DNA of 64,000 bases from the human T2T-CHM13v2.0 reference genome, Homo sapiens (GCF_009914755.1 NC_060930.1); one strand, 5' to 3'; positions 26,057 to 40,496 are shown, numbered from the stretch's first letter. Notes: generated from the letters alone by a model not told the origin. Made by a program: numbers and translations.

Positions 26057-26479
26057 TGCTAGAGGGAGGATGCACACACATGAGACTTCTCTGAAGAGTG
26101 GATGAACCGTCCCTGCACGTGGCTTGCCTTGCATATGAAACTGTTCAGTCAGTTCCAACAGAAAGGCATTCTTCAAAGGAGCATAACTGAGTGAGATGGG
26201 GCTATCTCACCTGATCTCCCTACCTGGGCTTTTTCAGTCAAATAACTATGTATTACTTAGTATACAGGATGTAGGGAACTTAAAAACAATAATAAAATAA
26301 TCTATAAAAGATCAACTTTTGTCAGATACTCTGAACTATGGTTTTTGCATTACTTACCTTGACCTTTGGTTTCATGTCTGATACTGCAACCTCTGTTTGA
26401 CCTCTCAGCTCCTGGCCTTGACCCTGCCTCTCCTTAAATCCCAGCAGGGCAAAGGGTAAAGGAATTTTAAATCCTACAT

Positions 26480-26990
26480 ACAGATGAAGTACTTGTGCTA
26501 AGTAGTATTAATTCTTTCATTGTTCACTATCTCAGCTCTGGTGTTAGGATTCAATGATGAATAAGGCAGCATTCCTTATCGTAAGTAGTTTATAAATTAA
26601 TGAGAGAGACAGACAACAACAAATCACTATGATATGTGTGACATATGAGAATACTGTATGTTGGTAATGGCATAAGATCCATATCTTGTACACGGCTTGT
26701 TGGAGAATGAATTGCTGCAACTTTCCTGCAAGCAATTCAGTAATATATATTAGAAGTCTTAACATGTTCTTGAATTTGGATAGTTCACTAGTTCACATGT
26801 GACACATTGAGGAGCTATTGTATGAGGTTTAGTAGGGAGGACGTGATAAGATTTATATTTTAGAAAGTTTACTTTGGCTTAATACAGGGAGTGGATTGGA
26901 GGGGTGCAAGACTGGATGCTGGGAGATTAATTAATAGTCTGTAGTTGCAATCCCACATTTTTCTAACTAAAGAAAAATGAGAACCTGGAA
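26480..26990 (-). mobile_element. L2 fragments
   Basis: gacgtgataagatttatattttagaaagtttactttggct...ggattggaggggtgcaagactggatgctgggaga. Confidence 0.6.
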
Positions 26991-27044
26991 TAGGGCCACG
27001 ATTATGTCTGGCTTCTTTGATTCTAATATGTTTCTAGTTTTACC

Positions 27045-27330
27045 TTAAGAGTGCTTCTTCTAGGAAAAATTCAGAGATGGACAAGAAGAAACAAAGATTT
27101 ACAAAGATGTTTACCATTGTGATGTTTATAATAGTGAAAAAAAATTTTTAAAAATACCAAAGTACCCAACACCCAAGTTATCCTTAAACAAATAATATAA
27201 TAACATATCAATTGGATAGAAAGTCATTCAAACAATATTTATGAAGAATTTTAATTAAGTTGACCTAGGCATATGATATGATATATTAGGCAGAATCCTG
27301 CAATCAAAATTATTCAAAGGTTTTAATATG
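27045..27330 (+). mobile_element. Old L1M (L1ME-like) 3' fragment
   Basis: acaaagatgtttaccattgtgatgtttataatagtgaaaaa resembles the ORF2 C-terminal region. Confidence 0.55.
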
Positions 27331-28169
27331 ATCTACAAATTCACTTAAGCTTTAATCTCTGCCTAACTCTTCTTCCTGTATTCATGACACTGCAGCTATA
27401 TGGAAATACTGGTTCTTCTCTAAACCTACAAGTTCTCTCACAATTCCACCCTATTGAAAATGCTAGGTTTGGGTTTCTTTTTTACAAAAGTACTTTTAGT
27501 TTTTTTACAATGAAGAGAAAAGCTACGAGGTTGTCACCCCCATGCCCCCATCTCCCCTCCTATGTAAGAACAGCTCAGGTTTCTAGAGTCATTTGTTAAA
27601 TTAATTAGGTAATTATCTATGTTATTATCCCTTATCATTTTATGAACATTAAATGTTTTTACTTTCTTTCAGCCTGATTCTGGTGGGTAGATTCACAACA
27701 GAACTTGGAACCATATTCTCCCCCATGCTATTATTCAGAGTCTCTTCCTCGTGGTGATCGTTACCTTACTGTCATAAAATAATTCTCAGAGAAGCTAGAC
27801 TCTTCCTTCTGAATATTTGAAAGCCACCAAACAGCGTAGAATATATCTTCAATATGCTTTTCTGATTCTTCAGAAATTGAGCAAAAATGCTTATAAATAA
27901 GTTGATAATTTTTTTTAATGTGCAAATAGCTGCATGGTAAATTATCAATTTTAAAGACAGTATAGAGGAAAATTTCTTGGGCTTTTTTTGTGGTTGGAAA
28001 AGAAGTTTTTTTTAAGTTAAATTAAACATCAAAGTAATAATTGATTTTAATAGTAATAAAAAGACTCATACAAAGGAGGGGTTAAAACAATGTTTAATTT
28101 ATGTTTGAGATTAGTGTCAGAAACATTATTTGAGTAAGGACTATTTGCTAAATTTAAGAGTGTAAGGAC

Positions 28170-28700
28170 TATGGGGCTTCTGCCCTCTGGAGGTCCATAG
28201 TCTGGGTGCAGAGATGGACGTGAGCCTAAATAACACTAACCAACGTTACACCAGTAGATACAAACGCTGTACTAAGGGAGAAATTCACCTGGGAAAATGT
28301 AGAAAATCTTTTTTGGAGTAACCAAGATTTTTAAAGAGCCTTTATAAATAAATTGGATTTCAGAAGATGGATATTTATGGGAAAATGCAATCTAGACTGA
28401 GAAAATGCCCTGAGCAAAAATCCAAAGGATTTTGCCAAACATGTTTGCAGTCAAATGAGTACATGGGCTGATGCCATGGCTCTGTGGAAAGCCGGGGTGT
28501 GGAAATTGGATGGAAAAGTTTAGAAAGGGCCAAACTTTGGTATTTGAATGCTTATGTTGAAGTATTTAAACTTTATTTTTCATATCTTTCATTGAAGATT
28601 TTTGTATATAGGCAATGGCATGATTATATCCATGTTTTGGAAAGATTACTGAAAACATGTAAGAAGGATGCCAGAGGGGAGCACCTGGAGGTTGGTCACT
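28170..28700 (-). mobile_element. L2 fragment
   Basis: tgccctctggaggtccatagtctg...ggcatgattatatccatgttttggaaagattact. Confidence 0.6.
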
Positions 28701-30177
28701 CCTAAATTGATCTCTTAAGCCCAGACTGCTGTCACATCTCTCTGCTGTGTTTCAATGTAAACATTTGGGAAATCATATGATGTCCTTTATTTTATGAGAC
28801 AACTTCCTAGAATATTCCTGTACTTTCAGTGCTGAAATGTTCTAATTCCATATTGACATTTATCCTCCTCCTGTGTTTGCTTGCACTGTTTTATTTGAAT
28901 CAGTTTCTTCCTTAACATGTTGTCTAATTCTTCTATACTCACTTTTTTCCTGCTTCATTCCATTGAATTTCATGCTTTGATTTCTTTCCCTGTCTTATTA
29001 GTGGCATCATAGTATGTAAGCCTTTAAGTCTAAAATTTCCTTTCACTGATATTGGTTTCTGATTTGTGGTCCACGTAACCAAGAATTTTCTAGATGAGAA
29101 ACCAATATTGATATGAGGTAGTGCTCCAGCCATGTGCAGAGTTTAGTCATGTCCTGAACCTTTGTCTTCCTGCCTGGAGCCAGGCATTTGCTGAGTACCA
29201 AGCCTTTCTCAGATTGTGTCCCAAGCAAGTCTCCTTCTTCATCGAGAGCTGCCTGGGTTGCACTACAAATCATGGACCACTCAGGCTTTCAACATTGAAT
29301 CAGGAAATGATTCCAGCTGCAATACCCCACCATCAATGTGCCAAGTATTCCCTTAACAATAGGGACACATCGTAAGACTTTCAGACTCTCACAGTATAAA
29401 AGAAGGAGGAGGTTAGACAGCTACAAATATAATTGTAACATAGTGTAATGGATACAAAATATAAACATACTGCATTAATTTTTCTAAAAAGTTGCATCAT
29501 GAATTGAGTTCTCACTCTTGCAGACCAGCAGTCACTTCCTTCTAGGGTAGCCACACTTGGTTTCCATGGGGGACAAGGCAGTGCATTAACGCATACTTTT
29601 GTACACGTTTACACATCACTGGGTGACATAATTCAAATTTGACTTGAACATTTTCACTTGGTGAGTAAATTAGAGCTCTGTTACACTGGCAGTGAATTCA
29701 CCAGCTGGTTGTAAATAATGCATCAATTTCCACTTCTTAGTGAACTTACACAACCATAAAGATGGAAGAAAAAAATGATTTACTTTCCTAGAAGAGAAAA
29801 AAATGCTGAAATCAAGACTATTTCAGGACATCTGCATAAAATGGCTGCTTGTAAGAACTTTGTGATTCTGATGTTCCCACTCGCAATTCTTCACTCCACA
29901 CCAGAGATTACATGAGAGAGCTACTGTGTATCCGTTGGCACTTGGGCAGGAAAAAGTTTGTTCTTTCCTCCCTTGTGACCTGAGAATGTTTAAGGCCTCA
30001 GTACACATTTAGGGCAACTATGGGTCTTCCAAAATCAGTTCATCATATTCAATGAAAAGAAGCTTATGTCATAATATTATTACTACAGACTAATTCCTCT
30101 TTACATAGTGCTTGAGAAGTAACAAACTGCTTCTCTACTACTATGTACAACAGCCCTATAAAGTGAGTAGAACTGAT

Positions 30178-30493
<316 letters not shown>

Positions 30494-31064
30494 ATGGAGC
30501 TGATTTTTAGTATTCATTTTGCCTATGAGAAAGTCTGTCTTTCTCAAGGCCACACAACTGGTAAAATCCTGATCCAGGAATTTAAATAAAGATACTTTAA
30601 TATCTATATTTTAAAATCTGAGAATTCTTGTATTGCCCAAGATCGTTCTACCCAATTAAGGTGCATGAGTCCTTCCCAAGCTCCCACGTGTCTTTTATTT
30701 CCCAGGTTTGTAAGAGGGACAATAATCTACATGCTGAGGTGTTCTTAGAGAAGAAATATTATTTCAGGCATTGTTCTAAAGAGGCTGGTTCTGCTTCTTA
30801 GAGAAGTAAAACATGCCAATTTTTACTTTCTTAATAAAGTACTTGCAGGAAAAGAGAAAACAGCTGTAACAAAAACACATCCAAAGTAAAGAAAACTGGT
30901 AAATAACATTATTTCATTTTTTTTCTGAAATATTATATCCTGACAGCATAGGTTTCTGGATGAAGCCTGGTTTTAGAAGTCAGTTATACTGGCAATCCTA
31001 AGTTCTTTTACCTTGTTTCAATTTTCCTTTTATCAGTAACTTACCAGCCTCTCACAGACCACAT

Positions 31065-31228
31065 AATTTACACTTTAATTATTTTGGTTTATTGTCTCTC
31101 TCCTTCAACTTGAATTTAAGCTACACATGGCCAGGGATCTTTCTTTGGTTCTCTGATCTATCCCAGCACTAGCATGGTACCTGGCATATCGTAGGAACTT
31201 AATAAATTTGCTGATTGAATGAATGAAC
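31065..31228 (+). mobile_element. L2a 3' end
   Basis: tttattgtctctctcc...cctggcatatcgtaggaacttaataaatttgctgattgaatgaatgaa. Confidence 0.8.
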
Positions 31229-31305
31229 ATGTACCTGGGTTGAAATTCTCACTTTCCTACTTATCAATGAAAGAACTTAAGAACATTATTTAACCCTCCT
31301 GGTCC

Positions 31306-32308
31306 TTGTTTTTAATTGTGGCAAAATATACATTACACAGAACTTACCATTTTAACAATTTTTAAGTGTATAGATCTGTGACACTCAATACATACCTTGT
31401 TCTGTAACCATCACAGATTAAAGTCATGTCCTGAACCTTTGTGGCAAAATATACATTACATAGAATTTACCATATCAACATTTTTAAGCATACAGATCTG
31501 TGGCATTCAATACATAACTTGTTCTGCAACCATCACCACTATCAATATCCAGAACTTTTTCATCTTCTCCAACTGAAATTCCACATCTTTTGAGCAACAA
31601 CTTCCCATTCCCTCATCTCCTCAGCTTCTATCAATTACACTTCTACTTTTTGTCTATGAATTTGGCTTCTTACTGCAGCCACGACCTCCTAGGCCCAAGC
31701 AATTCTCCCACTTCAATCTCCTTAGTAGCTGGGACCACAGGTGTGCTTCACCACACCTGGCTATTTTATTTATTTTATTTTTTATAGAGACAGGCTTTTC
31801 ACCATGCCTCCCTGGCTGGCCTTGAACTCCTGGGCTCAAGCAATCCTTGAGTGGAATTACATGGTATTTGTCTTTTTGTGACAGGCTTATTTCACTTAGC
31901 CAAATATTCTCAATGTTCACGTATGTTGTAGCATGTGTCACAATATTCTTACTTTTTAAAGCTGAGTAACATTCCATTCTATGTGTATACCACATTTTGT
32001 TTATCCATGAACACTTATTGGCTATTGTAAATAATGCTGTGATGAACATGGGTGTATAAATATCAGTTTGAGTCCCTGTTTTTAATTATTTGGGGCATTT
32101 ACACAGAAGTGGAATTGTTGGATTGTGTTAGTAACTTTATTTTCAGTTTCTGAGGAATCGCTGTACTATTTTCCACAATGGCTGCACCATTCTACATTCC
32201 CACCAGCAACACATGTACACAAAGGCTCCAACTTCTTCACTTCTTTGCAAACACTTACTATTTTCTTCTCTTTATTTTGATACTAGTCATCCTTATGTTT
32301 GTTAGGTA
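31306..32308 (-). mobile_element. L1MB-type 3' end (ORF2 C-terminus plus 3'UTR) with a terminal ~99-bp tandem duplication
   Basis: ttgtggcaaaatatac...gcaaccatcaccactatc...gctgcaccattctacattcccaccagcaa; minus-strand ORF begins MFITALFTIA...INKMWY, like the L1 ORF2 C-terminus. Confidence 0.9.
31671..31848 (-). mobile_element. Internal AluJ fragment (no head, tail or TSD) inside L1MB
   Basis: actgcagcc...gggaccacagg...agagacagg...cttgaactcctgggctcaagcaatcct. Confidence 0.9.
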
Positions 32309-33104
32309 AACTTTTCTGAGTTTAAATAACTTTACTATATAGGAGGGACATCCCAGAGTAGGTATTAATTAAAAGGAGACTTTCTTTTTATTTATCATTA
32401 TATTTCAGAAGAAATTTTCCATGTAAATGTTGAGTCACTCCCATTGTTCCTGTAATTATCTAAAATTCATTCAGATTGGTATAGCAATAAATCAAACTAG
32501 AAGATTTAAAGAGAAGAGAACAGAGGTTTTGTTTTGATTTTTTTCTTCTTTCACCCATGGAGGAAATTATTCATGATTGGATCTAGTGGAAAGAGTTCAA
32601 ATGATTATAAACTGAGACATAATTTTAGTGACTTACATTTTCTTTTAGTGAGAAGGACCTGTGAGGAAAATTAAAGATATTAAGATAATCTGATTCAAGT
32701 ATGAAAAATTCTACCCTTGAATTAAAATACGTGATTACTTCAGTTGATCAAGTTGCCTATTTACACATTTTAAAAATCACAGAAAATGATTGATTCAAGT
32801 GAGTATTTGATTGATTTCACCATTGTACTATTTATTAAATGTTAACACTTCATAATTCTTCTTTCTGACCCTTTGGTGATTCATGCCTAGCCTGGAGTTA
32901 ATAAACAAAGTTTCTGGTGCTTAGGAAACTTTTTTCTTTAACATTCTGTTTACCTCCCTTCAGTTCAGCAAAAGCTTACCAAACAGACATCATGGGCAAG
33001 ACATGTACAAAATGCACAGAAGAATAAGATGTCATCTACACTTTTAAGAGCTTGTAATCCAGACAAGAAGGAACATGATAATCATTATTTTAACCATTTA
33101 AAAA

Positions 33105-34920
33105 TATAAGAGAAGATTGGATCGATATGGCAGAAAGAAACATACATTTCCACCTATTCTTATGCCTAAAATACCATGAAATCAAAGAAAAATTGTATCT
33201 GTCTCTCTAACAATTTCTATATTGATATCTATCTATGAATACAGTAAGAGAAGGAATAAAATAAACTTTATTGTAACAATTTCCAATTATGAAAAGAGGA
33301 TTGGAGCAATATGGAAGAAGGAACATGTATGTCCAACTGCTCTTCTGTCTAAAATGCCATGAAATAAAAAATATATTTATATTTAGATAACGAATCTGCA
33401 GTAGCTCATGAAAAACAGGAAAGAGGTCTGAAAGCTGTCTACAAAATCTGAAATATTTTTATCTTTCACCCAAAATCACAAAAGCAGTTTATGATTAAAT
33501 ATAACTAGAACCCATACTGAGGTGGGCAGAGTACTCAAAAAATATTAATAAAACAACAAAATTACTAATAATTTGATGAAAACCAAAACAAAGAGACTTC
33601 ACACAAATAACAAAAAAAAGAAAACAATAATGAAAAAGAGATACAATAAAGAAAATAAACTTTTAGTATAGAATTCTGTATCGATAAGATATCAAATAAA
33701 GATTGTGGAAATACAAACTAAGGTAGTTGAAATGGAAAAACAAAAACAAAACCCTCTATAAATTGATTAAATAGAGAATGGGTGCAGCCAGATGCTAAAT
33801 CTGTGAGCTGGAGAATGGAACCACGGACATCTCCCAGAACATAACACTAAAGAGCAAAGAAGTGGAGAGGATAAGAGAAAGGTCAATAGACAAAGAAAAG
33901 AAATTCCAACATCAATTTAATAGGAGTTCTAAAAAGAGCAAAGAGAATGGAATGGGAGAAATGACAAAGAAATCATGAAAACTAAAGAAGAAAATTTTGG
34001 ATCTAATTGCACAGCTGAAAGGTCTTAGAGTGCCAAGAAAGACGAATAAAAATAAACACCTAGGCCACCATACTGAAGTTTTAGAAATTCAAAGATGAAA
34101 AGAAAATCCTACAAGATTTAGGAGGGAAAAGAATTAGTTAACTACAAGAAGCAACCCACAAATCAGATGAACAAGAAATTATCTCCTTTGCAATACTGAG
34201 AGGTAGAAGATAATGGTGCTATATCTTTAATGTTATCATTAAGAAAAAAACAACTGTTTTTGAACCTAAAATACTTAACTACATTGAAATTCAAAATAGC
34301 AACATTTAGAAATGTGTAATGAGTCAGAAAGTTTGCCAACCATAGTTCTCTGAGAAAATTACTCAAGTATAACACAGGAGAAAAAGAGCCCAAGGAGTAG
34401 GAAGAAGCAGGCTAGCAGAAAAAGTGGTGAGTCAAGAAACCAAGAAAGCCATTTTAAATACTTGCTGAACTGTAGCTTAAAGAAATCAATTAGGAATCAA
34501 ATTCTGGAATAAAAATTCCAATGATTTTAACATAGGGAGATGATAAAGGTGATATTTAATCACCAAAAAAGCATGTTAAAGTGTTAAAGTGATACATTAA
34601 AATACAGAGCTGATCTAGTTTTTAAAATTAAGCTATATGCTATTTACAATGAGATAGTATATAGCAGACAAACAAATTAACTTTTATGCCTATGACAGCA
34701 TAGCTATATGTTGACAAACTCATAGAAATATATGAAAAAATATAGTATTATAATTTGAGAATAATATGCCCATAATAAATCAACAGTATACAAAAAATAA
34801 AAATGCAGAGGCTTTAAATGACACAATTAACAACTCTTATTTAATAGGTAATAAAGAAATTTACATACTAAAATCAGAGAATTCGTATTTTAAAAAATAA
34901 AATGAATTCAATAATTCACA
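33105..34920 (+). mobile_element. HAL1/old L1M 5'UTR-ORF1 region, plus L1 ORF2 remnants
   Basis: Very A-rich; ORF1-like motifs tccaacatcaatttaataggagttc, cacctaggccaccatactgaag, aaagatgaaaagaaaatcctacaag. Confidence 0.65.
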
Positions 34921-35086
34921 ATTTATAAGGCCCCAGAGAACAGAAAAGATAGCAATTAATTCTGACTGAAAGGGGAGAAGATATAGAATATTCCAGATAC
35001 ACTAAAGTATTCCAGGAAGAGTGAACAGTACGTGCAACGCTTATCCTTCAGTTTCTGCCCAACCCCATTTCTCTAAGTACACTGTA

Positions 35087-35130
35087 TCCCTTGTGGCTCT
35101 TTAATTACTCCCTTGTGGCTCTTTAATTGC
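35087..35130. repeat. 22-bp tandem duplication
   Basis: tcccttgtggctctttaattac / tcccttgtggctctttaattgc. Confidence 0.9.
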
Positions 35131-35309
35131 TCTCAGGAAATGTGTTAGATGTTGGACAAACTAAGTTCACAGCATTAATATTGTACCAGTGGAAGAAGAA
35201 CAGAGAAAAGATAAGCATTCATATTTAACTTTTCCATCTTAACTGTCACTAGTGCCCTGAAATATGCAATAAACAATGTTATTTTTAGTTTTAAAACACT
35301 AGAGATAGG

Positions 35310-35677
35310 TGACAATAGTTTGGATTTGTGTCCTTGCCCAAATCTCATGTCGAATTGGAGAAAGGGCCTGGTGGGAGGTGACTGGATCGTGGGGGCAGAT
35401 TTCCCCTATGCTGTTATTGTGATAGTGAATGAGTTCTCACGAGATCTGATGGTTTAAAAATGTGTGGCACTTCCCCGCTCAGCTTCTCTATCCTGCCAAC
35501 CTGTGAAGAAGGTCCTTGCTTCCCCTTCACCTGCCACCATGACTGAAAGTTTCCTGAGGCCTCCCAGCCATACTTTCTGTTAAGCCTGCATAACTGCAAG
35601 TCAATTAAACCTCTTTTCTTCATTAACAACTTAGTCTCAAGTAGTTCTTTATAGCAGTGTGAAAATGGACTAATACA
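35310..35677 (+). mobile_element. MaLR solo LTR (MSTA-like)
   Basis: gtttggatttgtgtccttgcccaaatctcatgtcgaatt...tttatagcagtgtgaaaatggactaataca; perfect 5-bp TSD atagg. Confidence 0.93.
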
Positions 35678-35687
35678 ATAGGTACAG

Positions 35688-35890
35688 GTATGTGTGTATT
35701 TATGCATATATGTATATATGTACATGTATATATACACACATACATTTACACATATGTGCATATATGTAGATACATATATGTGGGTGTTTTGTATATATAT
35801 GTATAAACATGCACACATATATTCATATATATGCATATATGTATTATGTATCTGCATGTAAGTATATATATCATTTTCAATATATATAGA
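35688..35890. repeat. Degenerate (TA/TG/CA)n low-complexity tract
   Basis: ~200 bp alternating purine-pyrimidine. Confidence 0.85.
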
Positions 35891-36218
35891 GAAAAATATT
35901 AACAGATATTCAACCAGGATTGTAAAGTAAAGCCAAGTGAATAATGAGCAACTATTGAATTTAATTGATAGGTCTCAATTACCTATAAGATATGTAGCAT
36001 TATTCTTTAAACTATAGAATGGTATGTTATCACATGTAAGTGTTGTGTTTGCCATCCATGCCTATAATATGGTAAAAAGTTTCAAAAAGCAGTTTAGTGA
36101 ATAAGACTGCTGTAGTGTACAATAGCAAAATTAGAACTATTAATTGCAGTAATAGTATTGAGGAAAATATTATTCATACTTCATAATACCAAGCTCATTA
36201 TAACAGATATTCTATTAA

Positions 36219-36517
<299 letters not shown>

Positions 36518-36940
36518 TGGTATTCTATTAATTTATTGACTCATAGAATATGCCCATCAATGACCTCAAAGGTCAACTATCCTCAGAGATTTATCAATGA
36601 TGTTGCATTGTAATGCTCCAAATAAAATGCGACAAAATACAAAGTTCTGTGTAAACCATTGTTGCTAGCACAGAATAAAAAGAAAAAAAATGTTTTGAGA
36701 TACATTGGAAGGCATATACTGCTTGGACTCTTGCTGACATGGCAGAACTCACTCTTCAAGGGAAGAGCTTACACTTTTTGACTCTATAAATATTTCTTGG
36801 TTTAAAGAAAACATTGTTCTCGAGTCTGTCTGTAGTCCTACCATTCCAAATAATATAATAGTGAATAACTACCGCACCTTCATTCAGTAAGTTTTATGGA
36901 CATGATAGGGCAGGGAGGGAGATGACACTCCTAAGAGTAG

Positions 36941-37263
36941 AGCTATGGACTGAAATTGTGTTCCTCCAAATTCACATGGTGAAGCCCTAACTGCCACTAT
37001 GATGGCTTTTGGAGATGGAGCCTTTGGGAAGTAATTAGGTTTAGCTGCGGTCATAAGGGGGCCCTCATGATGGAATTAATGCTTTTAAAAGAAGAGACAC
37101 CAGAGAGAGATGGCAGTCATCCGTAAGCCAGGAAGAGAGTCCTTACCAGCCCTTGACCATGCTGGCACCCTGATCTCAGACTTCCAGCCATCACAACTAT
37201 TAAGAAATTCATTTCTGTTGTTTAACCCACCCAGTCTATAGTTAGAATGAGATAACTAACACA
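36941..37263 (+). mobile_element. MaLR solo LTR (MLT1A-like)
   Basis: gctatggactgaa...gaccatgctggcaccctgatctcagacttccagcc...ctaacaca; TSD agtag/aatag. Confidence 0.88.
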
Positions 37264-38834
37264 AATAGTATCATAAACTAGCCAAGGACAAGAAAAATGT
37301 TCTGGGTTAGCTGGCTTTGCTTATATAAGGATGAACTTACCTAGATGAAAATTCATATATGAAATACATACTTTATACCTCATCACAGATAAAAACACTC
37401 AAATAAGAACCCCAATAAAATAGTGTCAAATGACACCAACAGAGATCTATAAATGCAAACTTTCTTGGTAACCTCCCTGATTGCACTAATCAAGTAGAAT
37501 AGCATAGATCCCATGTCCTACACTGGAACCTTATAAACCTTGCTCTTGGCCAAATTCCCAGTAGCTGCTTTCATCCAGGTTTCTGTGCGAGACCCCAGAG
37601 ACAGCCTTCTTAACCTGCACAAACCCACAGTAAGCACGAAGCTCTAAGAAGTCCTTGCCAATATATTTTTTCTAGCTTTTGCGCAAATATGAATGAGACA
37701 AAAGGTGTCTCAGAGGTGCAGCAAGCCCATTAATTCTGTTTCTGTGGCCAACTTAAGAGGATGAGAATCTTTCTAACAGAGGGTGTCTTACATACCGTAC
37801 AGTCCTCAGTCATCTAGCTCTCCTGCACATGCAGAAATCAACTTTGAAACACTAGATGCCTATGACTGAAAATCTTTCCTCTTTTGAATCTTTTGTGTTG
37901 TACTTTAATCCTCTTCTCTCATTTTTCCATAGTTTTTATATTTAATCGTCCTCCTGCAATATTTCTCCTCTTTTTTTCTCATGATCGTTCTGTTCATTTT
38001 TTCTTTTTACATCCATTTTTAACTAATCTGCTTTTTTAGCTTAAAAAAATTTTTGTCTCCTCATCCACTAACTTGAAACCATGTAAATGGTTGCATCTTA
38101 TTCATCCTAAAAACATCCTATTTTTTCCCCATCTTTCCAAGAATTCCCAGTTCCTCACATTGTCCACAGAACTCCTGTTGTTGTGGGGTTTTGGGACTTT
38201 CTACTAACAAAGATTACTTTTTCCACCCCCATGCTAGAACAAGATTAAAGACCAGGAGTAGGGTGAGATTAACAGCCAGATGAAGTTGAGAGGGAGAATA
38301 AAGTAAGAAGTTAGGGGGAGTTGCTTCTCCTCACTGAAAGGATGGCTACTTTTAGGGTATCAAGCATGGAGTCTTTATGGATTACCCTGGTTCATTCCCA
38401 CTGCACCCCACTGAAGCCTACATCTTTTTTATCAAAATTAAAGATGTGTGCCTACGAATATTTCCCATACGAATGATATTTGATTTAAAGATATTTTCTG
38501 AATCTGAACACTTTACCATGGACTCCTTAATTGCAATAAAATTGATGAAAAAATACCTCGGAATATCAGTAGTCTATCAACCTGTGATTCACTCCAAGAG
38601 AGGAAGAAATTAGACATTTAAAATTTTACCAAATGCAAAGCTTCATGTTTTAATATTCAGAGTCTCCTGGAAGATTGTGTAAAATGCTGGTTGCTTGCCA
38701 ATGGATGATACTGGGATGCTGAAAGTTACTCCAGAGAATAAAGACTCCCAGATTCTGAGATCTAACTTTGGCCATTTGTTTAACTAATGAAATGTCTTGG
38801 GGTAAAAAGTTTTTCTGACTACAAAAAGTTTGTC

Positions 38835-39072
38835 ATGCAGCATAGTGAAGCAGCACACACAGTGGTTGGAGCAAAGACTGTGTTCCAATGCTTTTCCTGA
38901 CTTTGCCATTCTTATACGACACTGGGCAAATTACTTCTCCTTGCCTCAATTTCCCCATCTGTAAAATGGGGATAACACTGGTACCTATTTCTTAGAATTT
39001 TGAGAGAATTTAAAGATAATTTAGAACAGTCCCTGGTACATAAGAAACACTAAATATAATTTAGCTATTATT
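38835..39072 (+). mobile_element. MIR SINE
   Basis: ctgggcaaattactt...gcctcaatttccccatctgtaaaatggggataac. Confidence 0.85.
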
Positions 39073-39562
39073 TTTAAGGCTACCTCAGTAGTCTTCCTTA
39101 AAACTATATGGAATCCCTCAGGCATAATTCTGTACCCCTGCGCAGTCACTTAAAGTTACAAGTTTTTCAATACTTAGGGGAAAGATCTTCACCCCTGTCC
39201 AGAAGCTGAACAATATATTAAGCATGTCCTAGGGCATGGTTTTGTGACCATGAAGAAAGAAAAAATCTGGAATCAGAAATGCCAGAGTTTTAAGTTTTAT
39301 TTTTAAGAAACCATTAACCAATGATTTTTATTCATTAATTTTAGTAATTATAAAATGTGAAACATGAAGGCTGGCTGAGCTAAGAAAGTGTGTAGCATCA
39401 ACTTCGAATCATGAACACTGGTTATTGAAATATGGATTTTGTTATTCAATAAAATTACAAATGCAGTAGCTTATTTGGTACCTACATCATGATATGCTTC
39501 TAGGCAGTTATGCATAAATAAGAAATTAATTTGCTAGCATTGCATTTATACTACTATATCAA

Positions 39563-39691
39563 AATTTAGCTACTCAGGAGGCTGAGGCAGGCCATTCACT
39601 TGAACCCGGGGGGTGGAGGTTGTAGTGAACCGAGATCATGCCATTGCACCGCAGCCTGGGTGACAGAGCGAGACTCCATCTCAAAAAGAAA
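39563..39691 (+). mobile_element. 5'-truncated AluS (part of right monomer)
   Basis: agctactcaggaggctgaggcagg...gcctgggtgacagagcgagactccatctcaaaaagaaa. Confidence 0.92.
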
Positions 39692-39712
39692 TGCTTTTTA
39701 TTAATTTTTGAA

Positions 39713-39950
39713 GAGGCTGCATGGATTTAAGACGGCAGACTCGGGAGCTAAACTGCTGATACTTGAAACCCACCTCCACTACCTACTCGCTCCATGAGCT
39801 CTGGCAACTTACTTGACTCCTCTCTCTACCTCAGTTCCCTTATTGTAAATGGAGAAATAACTATACCTCCCCACTGGATTGTGATAATAACACCTAGAAT
39901 AGTGCTGGACACGTAGTAAACTCCCCTAAATTGTTAGCTTACATTATTAT
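39713..39950 (+). mobile_element. MIR SINE
   Basis: ggcaacttacttgactcctctctctacctcagttcccttattgtaaatggagaaataac. Confidence 0.8.
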
Positions 39951-40496
39951 TTCTCACTTAGTATTTTTTTCTGGCCAACATTAGGTATAAATATTAATGA
40001 TTTTATTTTAAAACTGCATGGCATTTTAATGGTCATTTAAATTTAATCTATTATAATGGATCATTTAATGGTTAAACTTCACATCATCAGCATTACGTGC
40101 ACCCACAAGAAAATCAGGCTAAGACATAATGGCTTGGGAACTTACTTGAAAATAAAGTAAGCTTCTTTTGGTCATGTCCATGATCTATGGCTACCTCTTC
40201 TGGACACATCTTGTTCAGTTCTGCCTTCCGTCTCTTCTTCAGTGGGACTCACTGAGTGCATGCTCTGGGCTGTATTTCAGGGTGAAGTGTTTGGGGGCAG
40301 AAGGCTTGGGATAGCAGATTCGTAGGTTCCCTGGACGTTGAGTCTACCAATTTCCTTCCTGGAGTTGTCTGCAAATGTAAACATGCAGGAAGACAGAGGA
40401 AGAATCTAGAGATCTCACACAGAGAAAAAAGGGGAAAGAATACAGGGAAAATGGGCTTAGAAATAAGACAGCATTAAGGTTAAGAGTTAAGAGGAA

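Noticed and set aside
31654-32049. 131-aa minus ORF starting MFITALFTIA
   Set aside because: Decayed L1 ORF2 C-terminus running through the L1 3'UTR into an Alu fragment; not a gene.
35414-35857. Longest ORF (147 aa)
   Set aside because: Composed of TA/TG microsatellite plus antisense MST LTR.
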